Positions 32,867-45,956 of a DNA stretch of 64,000 bases are shown piece after piece; position 1 is the first letter of the stretch, and every line of letters starts with the position of its first letter. Below the pieces are notes generated by a model, which saw only the letters and a list, made by a program, of their open reading frames with translations, had not been told where the DNA came from and made no database searches. Location of the stretch: NCBI GenBank assembly GCA_023205875.1, contig CP060754.1, positions 682,001-746,000 of the forward strand. The letters run 5' to 3'. Source of the DNA: Chloropicon primus. Its lineage: Eukaryota. The position numbers and the translations under genes were made by a program.

Positions 32867-33571
32867 ATGGTGGGAGGAATGGGAGCGCAGGTGAGGTGGA
32901 GGGGGGGAGCGGCGGGGACGGTGGCACACGTGGGAGGAAGAGCGTGGCCAACGAGTGGGGGGAGGGCCAGGAGAGCGACCTCTTCGGGGGTGCGACGGCC
33001 ACGTGCAGCGGACTCGACCGGGGTGGAGACCGTGGATCTTGACCTCGAGGAGTTCAACGACGTGCTCAGCATGGTGCACGACACGGATATCGTGGAGCTT
33101 TCGCTGAAGACGAACACGTTCTCGCTGAGCGTGAGGAAGAAGGAGGCCGTGGAGGCCGAGCAGCAGCTGCAGAGCCAGGCTCTGGGCGGGGGGTCTATCC
33201 AGTACGTGCAGCAGGCGGCTGCCGCCCCTGCTCCCGCCGCGAGCTCGGAGCCCGCCCCCGCTCCAGCCCCAACCCCAGCCGCGGCCCCGGCTGCCGCCCC
33301 TCCGGCCGCGGCCCCCGCCAGCCCCCCGGTAGCTTCAGGGAAAGCTGTTACGTCCCCAATGTCCGGGACCTTTTACCGCTCCCCGGCGCCAGGGGAGCCC
33401 GCCTTCGTGAAGGAGGGCGACACGGTGAAGAAGGGCCAGAAGGTCTGCATCATCGAGGCCATGAAGCTGATGAACGAGATCGAGGCCGAAGTCAGTGGGA
33501 AGGTTGTGGAGCTGCTGGTCGGGGACGGCGATCCTGTGACCCCGGGGCAGCAGCTCATGATCATCGCATGA
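32867..33571 (+). CDS. accB: Biotin carboxyl carrier protein of plastid acetyl-CoA carboxylase
   Basis: SPMSGTFYRSPAPG, IEAMKLMNEI biotinylation motif, Ala/Pro linker, transit peptide. Confidence 0.95.
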   Translation: MVGGMGAQVRWRGGAAGTVAHVGGRAWPTSGGRARRATSSGVRRPRAADSTGVETVDLDLEEFNDVLSMVHDTDIVELSLKTNTFSLSVRKKEAVEAEQQLQSQALGGGSIQYVQQAAAAPAPAASSEPAPAPAPTPAAAPAAAPPAAAPASPPVASGKAVTSPMSGTFYRSPAPGEPAFVKEGDTVKKGQKVCIIEAMKLMNEIEAEVSGKVVELLVGDGDPVTPGQQLMIIA

Positions 33572-33617
33572 GTGTGTGTGTGTTGTTGTTGTTCAAAAAT
33601 GTGATACAAGTACAAAA

Positions 33618-34763
33618 TTACTGATAGTCCTGCATGATTTCGAGGAAGCTCGATATGTGCGCGCACAGGACCTTGAGAACCTTGGCGTCCTGGCCGGTAA
33701 AGCCTTTCTCCCCCCCGCCGCTGTCCTTCCTGTTCACAATCTGGATCGCCCCGAGGATCTCGCCGTCGCTTCCCACGATCGGCACCGTCATCATGTTCTT
33801 GATCGGGCCTCCCCCGTCAAGAGCTGCGTGCTGGACGCTCCCGGTGGTGATGGTCTTGTTCACCAGGTCGCGGCTCGACCCCGTTCTCTTGATGGCGGAC
33901 ACGAAGTCGGTTTTCTTGACCTCCAGGTCGGTGGGAACGTCCCCGTCGGCGACGACCCTGGTCCAGATTGTGTTGTCCTTCTCCGTGTCGACGAGCCACA
34001 GGATGGACATCTCCGCCCCAAGGGTTCGGTCCACCGCGTCCATGGCGCTCTTTTCCACCACGTCGAAGATTCGCTCCAGCTCTGCCGCGGTCCTCTGCCT
34101 CTCCACGGCTTCCGCGTCCACGAAGAGGAGGACGCTCATGCCCAAGAGGCATCCGATCGTCACGCCGACGCACCCGCCCGCCGTCTGAGCGATCCTCGAG
34201 GAGCTGAGATCCTTCTGCAGCGAGGTCAGGCCCGACCTCGGCAAGTTGGGCAGGAGCTTGCCCACGACCGCGTCCACCGTTCCCCCCGACATGATCCCGC
34301 TGATGTCCGAGACAACCTGACCAAGACCCGCGGCGGCCATCGTCGTCAGACCCAGGGTGATTCCTATCGAGGACTGGATATGCTCCCCAGCGCTGATCAT
34401 GACCAAGTTATCGATGATGCCGAACCCAACCATGGGAATCCCGCACCTCAGGGCGTGGACCCACAGCTGGCGTTTCGTGGGCTGGGGCACGTCCGAGACG
34501 GCCCTGGTCGCCCCGCCCAGAGGCGAGGTCGAGGCCGTCGTCGAGGCCCCGCTGGTCGAAAATGTCGCCCTCAACTCCCGCGAGGCCCTCTGGGCGCACC
34601 CCCGACCGCCCATCTCCCCGACCGGTCCTCGCAACCCTCTCCGGACCGTTTCCCGCAGGCCTGGCTCCAGTCTCGCCCTCGTCCGCCCCAGCGAATGCAT
34701 CGTGCTCGCCTTCGAGGACGCGAGGGCCCTCGCGACGCTCGCTCGCATCGCCGACGCCCACAT
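33618..34763 (-). CDS. TMEM65: TMEM65-family mitochondrial membrane protein fused to a GAF domain
   Basis: [42 protein letters not shown]; then [10 protein letters not shown]...MMTVPI...[11 protein letters not shown]...FTGQD. Confidence 0.85.
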   Translation of the reverse strand: MWASAMRASVARALASSKASTMHSLGRTRARLEPGLRETVRRGLRGPVGEMGGRGCAQRASRELRATFSTSGASTTASTSPLGGATRAVSDVPQPTKRQLWVHALRCGIPMVGFGIIDNLVMISAGEHIQSSIGITLGLTTMAAAGLGQVVSDISGIMSGGTVDAVVGKLLPNLPRSGLTSLQKDLSSSRIAQTAGGCVGVTIGCLLGMSVLLFVDAEAVERQRTAAELERIFDVVEKSAMDAVDRTLGAEMSILWLVDTEKDNTIWTRVVADGDVPTDLEVKKTDFVSAIKRTGSSRDLVNKTITTGSVQHAALDGGGPIKNMMTVPIVGSDGEILGAIQIVNRKDSGGGEKGFTGQDAKVLKVLCAHISSFLEIMQDYQ

Positions 34764-34914
34764 CCCCTCCCCCTCCTCCCTCTTCTCCTCTCCGGTACCT
34801 TCCCCTTCCAACGAACGAGAGAGCGAGCTGTTACCTCCCACCACAGCGTTATACTGCCCCTCTCCTCCCCAACGAAAACGAAACCACTCGAGCTCGAGGG
34901 GAAGGGCGACCAAG

Positions 34915-37900
34915 ATGGCGGACCTGAAGAAGCTGAGGTACCTCCAGCTGGTGTCCAAGGTGACGTCGGAGCTGGAGAACAACTTGGGGATGGGGGACAA
35001 GACGCTTTCGGAGTTCGTGATTGATGTCGCCCTGACGTGCGACAACTTCAAGACTTTTGATACGAAGCTGAGGGAGAATGGGGCCGAGCTGCCGATAGAC
35101 TTCGTGGACAAGATCCACAGGCTTGTTCGGCACCTGCACCCGAAGTTCGCGGAGGAGAGGGAGCGGAGCGCCCAGGGGAGCGAGGCCTCCGCGGCTCCCA
35201 AGATGAGCGGGCTTGCCATCCCGGACAGCAAGGAGAGGAGCCGGCGGATAGACGAGGAGCTGCTGAAGGAGGGCCGCGAGAGGGAGAGGAACCAGAGCTC
35301 TGCCAGCGAGAGGCAGAGCGAGAGAGCTTCGGACAACGGGTACAGACGTCACGGCGCCGGCGAGGACAGGTTCAGCAGGAGGGGGGAGCGCCTCGCCCCT
35401 CGGGAGGAGGAAAGGCCCCTCGAGGAGGGAGAGGTGTACAGGGGCAGGGTGACGAACGTGATCGACATAGGCTGCTTCGTGCAGCTCGAGGGCGTCGCGG
35501 GGAGGAGGCAAGGGCTCGTGCACGTGTCGCAGCTCGAGAACAGGAGAGTGGACCACCCCCGAGACGTGGTGAGCAGGGAAGACTCGGTTTGGGTGAAAGT
35601 CATCTCTATCGACCTGCAGCGCAACAGGATAGGGCTGAGCATGAAAGAGGTCGATCAAAACACGGGGAGGCCCTTGGAAACCAACGGGAGGGAATCTTGG
35701 GCGAAGCCAAGGGCGCCTGCGGGCTCCGGCTCTAACCTAACGCCCCTAGGCGGTGGCGCCGCGGGGGGCAGCAGCGGCTTGAAGGGCTTGTCGGGAATCA
35801 AGCCCTCCGCCGAGGACGGAGAACTGTTCAATTCAAGGAGGAGGAAGCGAATGAGCTCTCCAGAGAGGTGGGAGACGAAGCAGCTGATAGCCAGTGGCAT
35901 TCTTCCTGTGTCTGAGTACCCGAACTTTGATGAAGACGGGCCTGGGCTCTTGAATGAGGAGGAGGGAGCAGAAGAAGAAATCGAAGTCGATCTCAACGAG
36001 GACGAGCCCCCTTTCCTGCAGGGACAGACCAACGCCAGCGGCGTGGACGTGTCTCCTATCAAGATCGTCAGAGTTCCCGACGGATCGCTACAAAGAGCAG
36101 CCATGACCCAGTCTGCCTTGGCCAAGGAACGAAGGGAATTGAAGGAGCAGCAGCAGAGAAGCGAGATGGAGGCCGTCCCAAAGGACCTCTCGAGGCCGTG
36201 GGAAGATCCCATGGCCGCGGGAGACCGGCAGCTCGCAGCAGAAGTGAAAGGCACGGGCTTGGCGGCAAGGGACGTCCCAGAGTGGAAGCAGAAAGCTTTC
36301 GGTAAGGCCACTTCTTACGGACAGAGGAGCTCTTTGTCCATAGCAGAACAGCGGAAAGGGCTTCCGATTTACAAACTCAGGGATCAACTGATTCAAGCGG
36401 TGAATGACAACCAGTTCATGGTTGTGATAGGAGAAACAGGATCCGGAAAGACGACTCAGATGACGCAATACCTGGCCGAGGCGGGCTACACAAGCAGAGG
36501 GAAAATTGGCTGCACCCAGCCAAGGCGTGTTGCTGCAATGAGTGTCGCAAAAAGAGTTTCTGAGGAGTTTGGCTGCCGGCTCGGGGAAGAAGTTGGATAC
36601 GCGATCCGTTTCGAGGATCGCACATCCAAAGATACCGTGATCAAATACATGACCGATGGTATGTTGCTCAGGGAGGTGCTTTTGAAGGAGACTCTTCATG
36701 ACTACAGCGTCATCATTCTTGACGAGGCTCACGAGCGGACGATAAACACGGATGTCCTCTTTGGCCTGCTCAAGAACTTGGTTCAGCAAAGGAAGGACAT
36801 CAAGATTATCATCACCTCGGCAACTCTGGATGCAGAGAAGTTCTCATCATACTTTTTCAACTGCCCCATTTTCACAATTCCTGGAAGGATGTTCCCGGTC
36901 GAAATCTTGTATACCAAGGACCCCGAGGCTGATTATCTTGACGCTTGCCTGGTGACCGTGATGCAAATCCACTTGACCGAGCCGGAGGGAGACATTCTCG
37001 TCTTTTTGACGGGTCAAGAGGAGATTGATACGGCCTGTGAAATACTTTACGATAGAATGAAGGCGTTGGGCCCTGCCGTCCCGGAGCTGATCATATTGCC
37101 GGTGTACAGTGCCCTTCCCTCTGAGATGCAGACAAAGATTTTTGATCCCGCGCCTGAGGGGTCTAGGAAATGTGTCGTCGCCACCAACATTGCGGAGGCC
37201 TCGTTGACTATTGATGGCATCTACTACGTCGTGGACCCTGGGTTTGCGAAACAGAAAGTGTTCAACCCAAAGATGGGAATGGATTCCCTGGTGGTGGCAC
37301 CAATCTCAAAGGCTTCGGCTCGCCAAAGGGCTGGAAGAGCTGGTAGGACTGGCCCTGGAAAGTGCTTTCGGCTTTACACGGAGGCTGCTTTCCAGCACGA
37401 GATGCTCCCCACCTCTGTGCCCGAGATACAGAGATCAAACCTTGGGATGACCGTCCTCGCGCTCAAGGCTATGGGAATCAACAACTTGCTTGGTTTTGAT
37501 TTCATGGACCCGCCTTCTGCGCAGACCCTCGTGCAGGCCCTCCAGAACTTGTACAACTTGGGGGCCCTGGATGAGGAAGGGCTGCTAAGCAGGCTCGGAA
37601 GGAAGATGGCCGAGTTTCCGTTGGAACCGGCCTTGTCCAAGATGCTGATGGCGAGCGTTGATCTAGGGTGCAGCGAGGAAATAGTCACCGTCGTCGCCAT
37701 GCTGTCCGCCCAGAACATCTTCTTCAGGCCGAGAGAGAAGCAGGCACAGGCCGATCAGAGGCACGCGAAGTTCTTCCAGCCCGAGGGAGACCACATCACT
37801 CTTTACACGGTCTACGAGGCCTGGAAGCGAAACAACTTCTCCAACGCGTGGTGCCACGAGAACTTCATCCACGCCAGGTCCATGAAGAGGGCCCAGGACG

Positions 37901-38325
37901 TCAGAAAGCAGCTCTTGATGATCATGGACAGGTACAAACTGGACTTGGTGAGTGCGGGCAGGAACTTCGACAAGATAAGGAGAGCGATTTGCAGCGGTTA
38001 CTTTTACAACTGCGCGAAGAAGGACCCCCAGGAGGGCTACAAGACCCTGGTGGAGCAAACCCCCGTTTACATCCACCCGAGCAGCTCTCTCTTCCACAGC
38101 CAGCCGGACTGGGTCGTGTATTTTGAGCTGGTCCTGACCACCAAGGAGTACATGAGAGAGGTGTGCAGCGTCGACCCAAAGTGGCTGATCGAGCTGGCCC
38201 CCAGGTTCTTCAAGGAGGCAGATCCCCAGATGCTCTCCAAGAGGAAGAGGAACGAGAGGATCGAGCCATTGTTCGACAAGTACCGCGACCCGAACGCCTG
38301 GAGGCTGACCAAGCGAAGAGGCTGA
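34915..38325 (+). CDS. DHX8: DEAH-box splicing helicase DHX8/Prp22 with S1 domain
   Basis: [15 protein letters not shown]1 domain, [32 protein letters not shown]. Confidence 0.97.
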   Translation: MADLKKLRYLQLVSKVTSELENNLGMGDKTLSEFVIDVALTCDNFKTFDTKLRENGAELPIDFVDKIHRLVRHLHPKFAEERERSAQGSEASAAPKMSGLAIPDSKERSRRIDEELLKEGRERERNQSSASERQSERASDNGYRRHGAGEDRFSRRGERLAPREEERPLEEGEVYRGRVTNVIDIGCFVQLEGVAGRRQGLVHVSQLENRRVDHPRDVVSREDSVWVKVISIDLQRNRIGLSMKEVDQNTGRPLETNGRESWAKPRAPAGSGSNLTPLGGGAAGGSSGLKGLSGIKPSAEDGELFNSRRRKRMSSPERWETKQLIASGILPVSEYPNFDEDGPGLLNEEEGAEEEIEVDLNEDEPPFLQGQTNASGVDVSPIKIVRVPDGSLQRAAMTQSALAKERRELKEQQQRSEMEAVPKDLSRPWEDPMAAGDRQLAAEVKGTGLAARDVPEWKQKAFGKATSYGQRSSLSIAEQRKGLPIYKLRDQLIQAVNDNQFMVVIGETGSGKTTQMTQYLAEAGYTSRGKIGCTQPRRVAAMSVAKRVSEEFGCRLGEEVGYAIRFEDRTSKDTVIKYMTDGMLLREVLLKETLHDYSVIILDEAHERTINTDVLFGLLKNLVQQRKDIKIIITSATLDAEKFSSYFFNCPIFTIPGRMFPVEILYTKDPEADYLDACLVTVMQIHLTEPEGDILVFLTGQEEIDTACEILYDRMKALGPAVPELIILPVYSALPSEMQTKIFDPAPEGSRKCVVATNIAEASLTIDGIYYVVDPGFAKQKVFNPKMGMDSLVVAPISKASARQRAGRAGRTGPGKCFRLYTEAAFQHEMLPTSVPEIQRSNLGMTVLALKAMGINNLLGFDFMDPPSAQTLVQALQNLYNLGALDEEGLLSRLGRKMAEFPLEPALSKMLMASVDLGCSEEIVTVVAMLSAQNIFFRPREKQAQADQRHAKFFQPEGDHITLYTVYEAWKRNNFSNAWCHENFIHARSMKRAQDVRKQLLMIMDRYKLDLVSAGRNFDKIRRAICSGYFYNCAKKDPQEGYKTLVEQTPVYIHPSSSLFHSQPDWVVYFELVLTTKEYMREVCSVDPKWLIELAPRFFKEADPQMLSKRKRNERIEPLFDKYRDPNAWRLTKRRG

Positions 38326-38458
38326 TTGGTTTTGTAATGTATTCCTTTCCTCTCTCTCTCTCTCTCGACACGACTTCGACTCTCCCCCCCCCCAAACCCC
38401 CCAAACCCCTCGGTCTGATCTGAAAAAATATGATGGAGTTCCCGGTGGTGTTTATGCG

Positions 38459-39496
38459 ATGAGAGCGCCGCCCGAAGAGGAGGCCCCTCGGGCCGGGCCC
38501 TCGTCCTCGACGCTGAACGCGTTTTCGGGAGCCGTGGCAGGCGCCATGGGCGCAGGTAAGCGACGGCCACGTGGCTTGGGGCGCACGTTCCTTCGCGACT
38601 TCTTTCTGTATCGCGCGCATCTGACCCCTCTCGGTCCACCTTCCTTCTCGTCTCCCCCACCTGCTGCTGCAGCTGTGACCACACCGCTGGAAGTCCTGAA
38701 GACAAGACTCCAAGTGCAGACGCGACGGAAGTACCGCACGATATTGGGCAGCCTCGGCCTTATCCTCAGGGAGGAAGGCCTGCGCGGTTTGTATCGAGGC
38801 CTGGCGCCAACTCTGTTCGCTCTGCCTCCGAACTGGGGTATCTATTTCTGCACGTACGAGGCTCTCCGGAACTACCTGGTCCACGAGTCGAAGGGGGGGC
38901 ACAATGCCATGGCTGTGAACGCTATATCTGCGACGGGAGCGGGCCTGGTGACGTGCGTTTCGACGAATCCGTTGTGGGTGGTCAAGACGAGGTTCCAGGT
39001 GCAGGGAATCCAGAGCTTCAAGTCCTCCCACAGAGTCTTCACGAAGAGTTACACGAGCACGGTGGGTGCCTTGTACAGAATCGCGAGGGAGGAGGGATTC
39101 CGCGGCCTATACAGCGGCCTGGGACCCTCCATATTCGGCGTGGCCAACGTGACGATCATGCTGCCGCTTTACGAGGAGCTGAAGGAACTCGCTGCAAAAA
39201 GGTTGAACAAGGAGAAGAAGGAGCTTCAGGCTGTGGAACTTGCGGCCTCGTCCGCGTTGGCCAAGATGGTGGCGTCGTCCATAACGTACCCACACGAGGT
39301 TGTGAGGTCCAGAATGCAAATATCAGGTCAGTGCGCGGCCATACTCCACACCTGTGGTGAGGTGTACAAGGAGGGAGGTTTGAGGGCATTCTACAGGGGT
39401 TGTGCCACAAACCTTACGAGAACGATGCCCACTGCAGCGGTTACCTTTACGAGTTTCGAGATCATGTCGAGAAATCTGGAGTACTGGTTTAGGTGA
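38459..39496 (+). CDS. Mitochondrial carrier family, NAD+ transporter-like (intron 38556-38672)
   Basis: Three Px[D/E]xx[K/R]xR motifs including NPLWVVKTR and YPHEVVRSR; LPPNWGIYF. Confidence 0.88.
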   Translation: MRAPPEEEAPRAGPSSSTLNAFSGAVAGAMGAGKRRPRGLGRTFLRDFFLYRAHLTPLGPPSFSSPPPAAAAVTTPLEVLKTRLQVQTRRKYRTILGSLGLILREEGLRGLYRGLAPTLFALPPNWGIYFCTYEALRNYLVHESKGGHNAMAVNAISATGAGLVTCVSTNPLWVVKTRFQVQGIQSFKSSHRVFTKSYTSTVGALYRIAREEGFRGLYSGLGPSIFGVANVTIMLPLYEELKELAAKRLNKEKKELQAVELAASSALAKMVASSITYPHEVVRSRMQISGQCAAILHTCGEVYKEGGLRAFYRGCATNLTRTMPTAAVTFTSFEIMSRNLEYWFR

Positions 39497-39620
39497 ACAA
39501 GTCCCGCTCCGTGCCTGCCACGCCTGGAGTCAGTCAAAGAGAAAGAGGGTTGGTACACAGGTACAGAGAATTATAGACATGTGCATTTTTTGAAGGTATT
39601 TTAAGGTTCCCATGAAGTAG

Positions 39621-40351
39621 CTACTGCATGAGTTTGATGATCCGCCGTGTTCGGGCGTTCTTTGCTTCGGCTAGCGCTGACTCCAGCTCCTTGGTGACTT
39701 CGCAAAGCCTTGCGTAACTGCTTTCTAAAAGCAGACCTGTTGAAGGAGAAAGACGTTGTGCGCGGTGGCGTACAGGGTCAGTCAACCGTTTCGTGCCCGC
39801 TTCATTTTTTTTCCCAGAGGGCACGAGACTTCCTCTGTAATTTAATGTTCCTTACCTTTTACCTTGTCGTTCCTGTCCTGCACGTCTAGCTTCATGAGGT
39901 ACTTTGCAGCCGGGACGCTTTCGCCAGCCCTGCTCTCAAGGTGGACATCGAGCCGCCAGTCCAGGCTCTTGAAGTGCACCTCTGTTCGCGCGGACTTCCC
40001 GGTCTCCTCGAACTTGTCCAGATAAGCAACGTACGAGGTCTCTATTGTGGAGCAGGCGTCCTCTGTGAAACCAAGATCCTCCAGAAACGACTTTCTAACG
40101 TTTGCCCTAATTTTCTCCTTCCTCATGCAAGACAGCAAGTACGCCAAGCTCTCTATGGCCCTCTCGAGCACCTGGGACTCGATCCCGAACTTCCCCGCGA
40201 CCGAGTCCAGCTTGGCCTCGAACTCGCGTAGCCCAGCCAAGTTCTCCAGGGCCACTTTGCAAAAGCTCTTGAGCACATCAGGGTCCAGCGTGGTCAGAAA
40301 CCCCACGTTTTTCCGAAGTGAATTGGAGGACAGGTAGTCGTCCACGTTCAT
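39621..40351 (-). CDS. COMMD2: COMM domain-containing protein 2-like (intron 39737-39855)
   Basis: Helical N-terminal domain, FKSLDWRLDVHLESR, YLMKL, and C-terminal ELESALAEAKNARTRRIIK typical of COMMD2. Confidence 0.8.
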
Positions 40352-40439
40352 TCTCCCTGAGTTCTCTTCACTTGTACTCCAATACCCTTCCTCGCCGAGT
40401 ACCAGCGCGCTCAAGGCTCATCTGATGCGGATTGCTTGA

Positions 40440-41582
<1,143 letters not shown>

Positions 41583-41807
41583 CGCTGAAGCCCACCAGCG
41601 CTGGACTGGACTTAAGAGATACTCTTTCAAGCCCGATGATGAGTAAGGGTGGAGCACGACTTTAATTCCAGCTTCATGTATTTCAAAAGCTTAATCCTCT
41701 CGCTCTCTCCCCCCCCCCCGGCGCGAGGCCTTCTTCCCCCCGGCGAGGAGGCCCTCAATCAATCAGGTCATGGAGATGGTCGAGTCCCCTTGGGCGGAGT
41801 CAGGAGG

Positions 41808-42296
41808 ATGAAGGCTGGGGATGAAGAGGAGTTCTCCTCTCTAGAGGAGGCCGCGGAGTCCCCACAGCTCACTTTCCCAGCTGGCCTCGTTCCGCGACTC
41901 GTTGCTCTCGAGGAGTCCAAGGGAGAGCAGCCCCTGACGAAGGGCGACATCGACGGGGAGCTGGAACTGGCAGAGAAGGAGGAAGCCAGTCAGACGGAGG
42001 ACGACAAGAGTGCGTTGGCCCAGAAGCTTCAGGGTTTCTATGCCGAGCTCCACGACCGCTTGTGGAGCTGCTTTGACGCGGACGGCAGCCCAAAGGTGGG
42101 CGCGGAGGGAGAGGCCGGGGATGGGGCCGGGGAGAGCGAAGAGGAGCCTCCGGAGGCTCCGCCTGCCCGGCCTCTGCTCCCCGATAGGGCAGGCCTCGGG
42201 ATGAGGGTGGAGGCGCTGGACGCTTACGAGGCGTTCCGCCAGGAGAGGAGCGGGGCGTACCACAGCAAGATCGTCAAGAGGAAATGGTTCAGGTGA
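41808..42296 (+). CDS. Acidic hypothetical protein
   Basis: Coding-like ORF. The C-terminal GLG...DAYEAFRQERSGAYH loosely recalls tails of CHERP/SURP-type splicing proteins. Start uncertain. Confidence 0.55.
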   Translation: MKAGDEEEFSSLEEAAESPQLTFPAGLVPRLVALEESKGEQPLTKGDIDGELELAEKEEASQTEDDKSALAQKLQGFYAELHDRLWSCFDADGSPKVGAEGEAGDGAGESEEEPPEAPPARPLLPDRAGLGMRVEALDAYEAFRQERSGAYHSKIVKRKWFR

Positions 42297-42456
42297 CAAA
42301 GAAAGGGCACTTGTGATGTACCACATGAACTTCACTCGTTCTGAAGAGGGTCAGGATGGGCAGTAGTGTGGTTGGGTGTTTGGTCTGCGAATCGTTTACC
42401 TATGCGATGAAAAATAATATATATAAATGGGCCTCATTATAGCGGCTACAAGGCCC

Positions 42457-43650
42457 TCAGATTCTAATGGCCTTCTGTTGCATCCGTAGCTTCTCGGCTT
42501 CTATAATGGAGCATATCTTCCCCACGGTTTCCTCCAACTTGCCACTGGGGTTCTCCACCACGTAGTCGAATTCGGCTATCCTCTTCGTTTCCTGCCTTGC
42601 GGTCTCCACCCTCACGAGAGCCCGGTCCAAAGGCTCCGTCTTTCTGCCCAGGAGCCTTCTCACCAGAGCCCTCTCGTTCTCTGCCACCAAAAATATTGAC
42701 AAAGACTCTGGAACAAGCTCCCTGATTGTCGCAGCCCCCTGCACATCCAACCGGAGGACAACGTCCGTGCCCTTGCTGAGCGCCTTCCTCACTTGCTGCT
42801 TTGGTATTCCCTTGTAGTCCCCGTACACCAGAGCGTGCTCAAGAAGCTCGTCTCTCTCTATCAGCTCCTCGAACTTCTCCTTGTTCATAAAGATGTAGTC
42901 CTTCCCATCGACCTCCCCCTCCCTTCGCGGCCTCGTCGTCGCCGTCACGACAAAGTGCATGTCCCTCTGTATCTCCTGCAGCCGGTTGATTACGGCGTCC
43001 TTGCCCACGCCGCTCGGACCGGATATCACTATCAGCAGGGGCTTTGGGCTCGGCAAGGTGGACCGCTTGCTGAAGGTGCTCCCAAGCTTCTTCTCGAGCG
43101 CCGCCATCATGACGGCCTCCGTGTGCGTCTCCAGGTCGCTCCTGCGCCAGCAAGCGGAAAGGGCGGGGCGCGAAAAACAAACGTTTTTTGGTCAGCAAAA
43201 AGGCGCAGGCACGAGGGACGCGTCGCACTCCGCCTCCACGGCGGAGAGCTGCTCCACCCTCCTTCCTGCTTGGACCACTTACTCGCTGGCGCCCGAGTCC
43301 GTGCTCCCATTGTTGCTGAAAAGCAGCGTCTGCATCTGCGAGGACACCAACTGGCTCAGTCTCAATTGCTCCCCTTGGTTCTGAAGCGCCGTCGTCTTCC
43401 TGCCCAGCGGGGACGCGAGGTCCCTGACGCGCCTGAAGAAGCTCACCCCGAACCTCGTCGCGCTGCAACCCGAGTGCAGCCTCCCCTCCCCCTTGGTCTG
43501 AACAGCAACGCAGCACCGGTCCAGAGTGTTCCGATAACAACCCGGAAACGCGTAGTGGCACACGTTCGGCCAAACCCTCCCCCTCGTCATCATCTTCACT
43601 GCGTTCATCATCCGGCACCTCTCCACCCCTCCCGCCCCTCCCGCTCTCAT
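42457..43650 (-). CDS. Guanylate kinase, organellar (1 intron at about 43142-43281)
   Basis: ISGPSGVGKD, TATTRPRREGEVDGKDY, LRLDVQGA. A phase-2 intron links an upstream targeting exon. Start uncertain. Confidence 0.9.
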
Positions 43651-44013
43651 CCCTAACACAACCTCCGTCACCCTCTCCCTCCCTTCCTCCCTCTCCCTCT
43701 CCCTCTCTCTCCTCGCCCTTATCGTGAAAGTGCTCCAGGCGAGGCCGAATGGCCACGAAAAACTGGTGGCCACGAAATACTGGCCTGCCTTTGCTTGCGA
43801 GCGAGCGACGACTCGACGAGGACGAGGGAGAGGGGGGGCACAACAATCGACATCGACATCGCGGGCGACGAGTCGGGACGGTTGGCTCTAAAACCTGTGG
43901 GTTTGGACCGACGGGTTCGACGGGACGGAGTGTCAGACGACGACGTTGGGGGGCGAGGATCGAGAGGTTGTTGTTTGAGGCTTGGAGGGGCTCGGTGCTG
44001 GCGCGTCACAAGA

Positions 44014-44185
44014 ATGGGGGACGGGAAAGAGGGCGCGATGGAGGTGGACGACCCTGCGGGGCGCACGGACGAACTCGTGATCGAGCTCGACGGTTTGCAC
44101 TTCACGTACTGTGGGCCGGGTAAGTCTGAGGATGATTTCGAGGAGTGGCGACGACGACGACGCGTCGTTGTCCCGATCTCTTCCC

Positions 44186-44224
<39 letters not shown>

Positions 44225-45144
44225 CATCTCGTGCTGACTGACTGGCTGACTGACCGATCGCACCGCCTCGCGTCTTTCCTCTCCTGCCGCTTGCACGACC
44301 AGACGGCCTGCCTCAGCAGGGGTGTGAGCCCCTGTTCCAGGGCCTGAGCTGGAAGGTTGAGAAGGGATCCCGGGTGCTGCTGATAGGCTCGAACGGTGCG
44401 GGCAAGACCACCGTGATGAAGATCATGGCGGGTAAGCATATGGTGGACAGGGACCAGTGCAAGATTCTTGGGGAGTCGCCCTTCCACGCCACGGACCTGA
44501 CGAGTTCGGGCCGGCTGTCTTACATCGGCGGGACGTGGCAGCGCGACATCGCCTTCGCGGGCTACAACATCCCCCTCCAGGGGGACTTCTCCGCCCTGAA
44601 GATGATCGACGGAATTCAGGGGGTCGACCAGGCCCGGAAGGAGAGGGTCATCAAGGTCCTGGACATCGACCCGGAGTGGAGGATGCACACGGTGTCGGAG
44701 GGCCAGAGGAGGAGGGTCCAGCTCTGCATCGGCCTGCTCAAGGAGTACGAGGTCCTTTTCCTGGACGAGGTGACGGTGGACTTGGACGTCCTGGGGAGGG
44801 CGGACCTGATGAACTTCCTCAAGGAGGAGTGCGAGCAGAGGAAGTGCACCATCATCTACGCCACGCACATCTTCGACGGCCTCGAGCCGTGGCCGACGCA
44901 CTTGGCCTTCTTCGCGGGGGGGGAGATGAAGGTGAACAAGCCCTCCTCCGAGTTCCCGGAGCTCCGGGAGGGCAGGCTCGTCAACCTCGTCGCCGAGTGG
45001 CTCCGCGACCACGAGAGGGACGAGGAGGCCAGGCCCAACAAGGCCAAGAAGGAGGAGTTCAGGTACCTCGTGAACAACGGCTGGAGCTCCGGCAGGAGCA
45101 ACGCGAGCATCAAGCTCAGCAGCAACGCCGTCTGGAGGTGCTGA
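44014..45144 (+). CDS. Soluble ABC ATPase (ABCI20/21, CAF16-like; 1 intron)
   Basis: GSNGAGKTT, VSEGQRRRVQ, LDEVTVDLDVLGR, YATHIFDGL. Confidence 0.9.
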
Positions 45145-45956
45145 AGATGATGAAGATGAACCTGAACCTGAACCTGGCCTGCCTGGGACAACACAGGAGA
45201 GAAGAACTATTCACAAAAATCCCTGTTATTATTATTTTTATTCATTATTTTCATGCGACAAGCACAAGACTGTGATTGACTCTGGTCTCCGAACTTAAGT
45301 GACTTAGGTGTCAGCTACAAGATACAGTCACCTTCCCCGTCACGTGCTGCAAAGCAAAAGACCTTCTTAATCAACGCCTCGGTGAGCTTCATTTGACGGT
45401 TCGTTCTCGTTCTCTCTCCTCCCGAACATCATCCCCTTCTTTCGTCACCTTGAATCAATCTCCTTGATCCTCCCCTTCTTCCAGCGTTGTCGGCTGCGAT
45501 TTCTTTAAGACGGTGCTTTCTACTCTCCCCGTGGATTGGATTTCCCGCAGGTTGTGCGCTCAAGCAGCCACTGAGAAGAAGCTCGAGCAAGGCCAGCGCA
45601 GACGCAGACGAGAGACGAGAGACGAGCGGGTCGAACGAACGAGGGGGCACGAGCGGGGTCGCAGCGTTGTCGGTTTCGCTTTTCGCTTTTCGCTTTTTGA
45701 GTGAGTGCGCGCGAGTTCTCCCGTTCTCGGGGCGCGCGAGGCAAGAGTCTTGGGTTGGGCGTGCACACGCACGGCTGCACGAGGGAGAGAGAGAGGGCAG
45801 GGACGGCGAGAGAGGGAACGCGGGGGGGACCGTCGTCGTCGCAGGAACGAGCGAACGCACGCGAGCGCACTTTTTCCTAGCTCTTGGTTCTTAGCCGGGG
45901 AGAGGGAGGGGAACGAGAACCGACAACCGACCTAAATCTTGTCGTCGTCGTCGTCG

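Noticed and set aside
34357..35336. Apparent ~1-kb overlap of the DHX8 and TMEM65 ORFs
   Set aside because: This comes from non-ATG starts in the ORF track. The real ATGs (34763 and 34915) are divergent and about 150 nt apart.
45136..45330. ABC ATPase ends in Cys-TGA with a downstream hairpin (possible selenoprotein and SECIS)
   Set aside because: The hairpin lacks the 3' GA of the SECIS core, further TGA stops follow at once, and the family is not known to use Sec.
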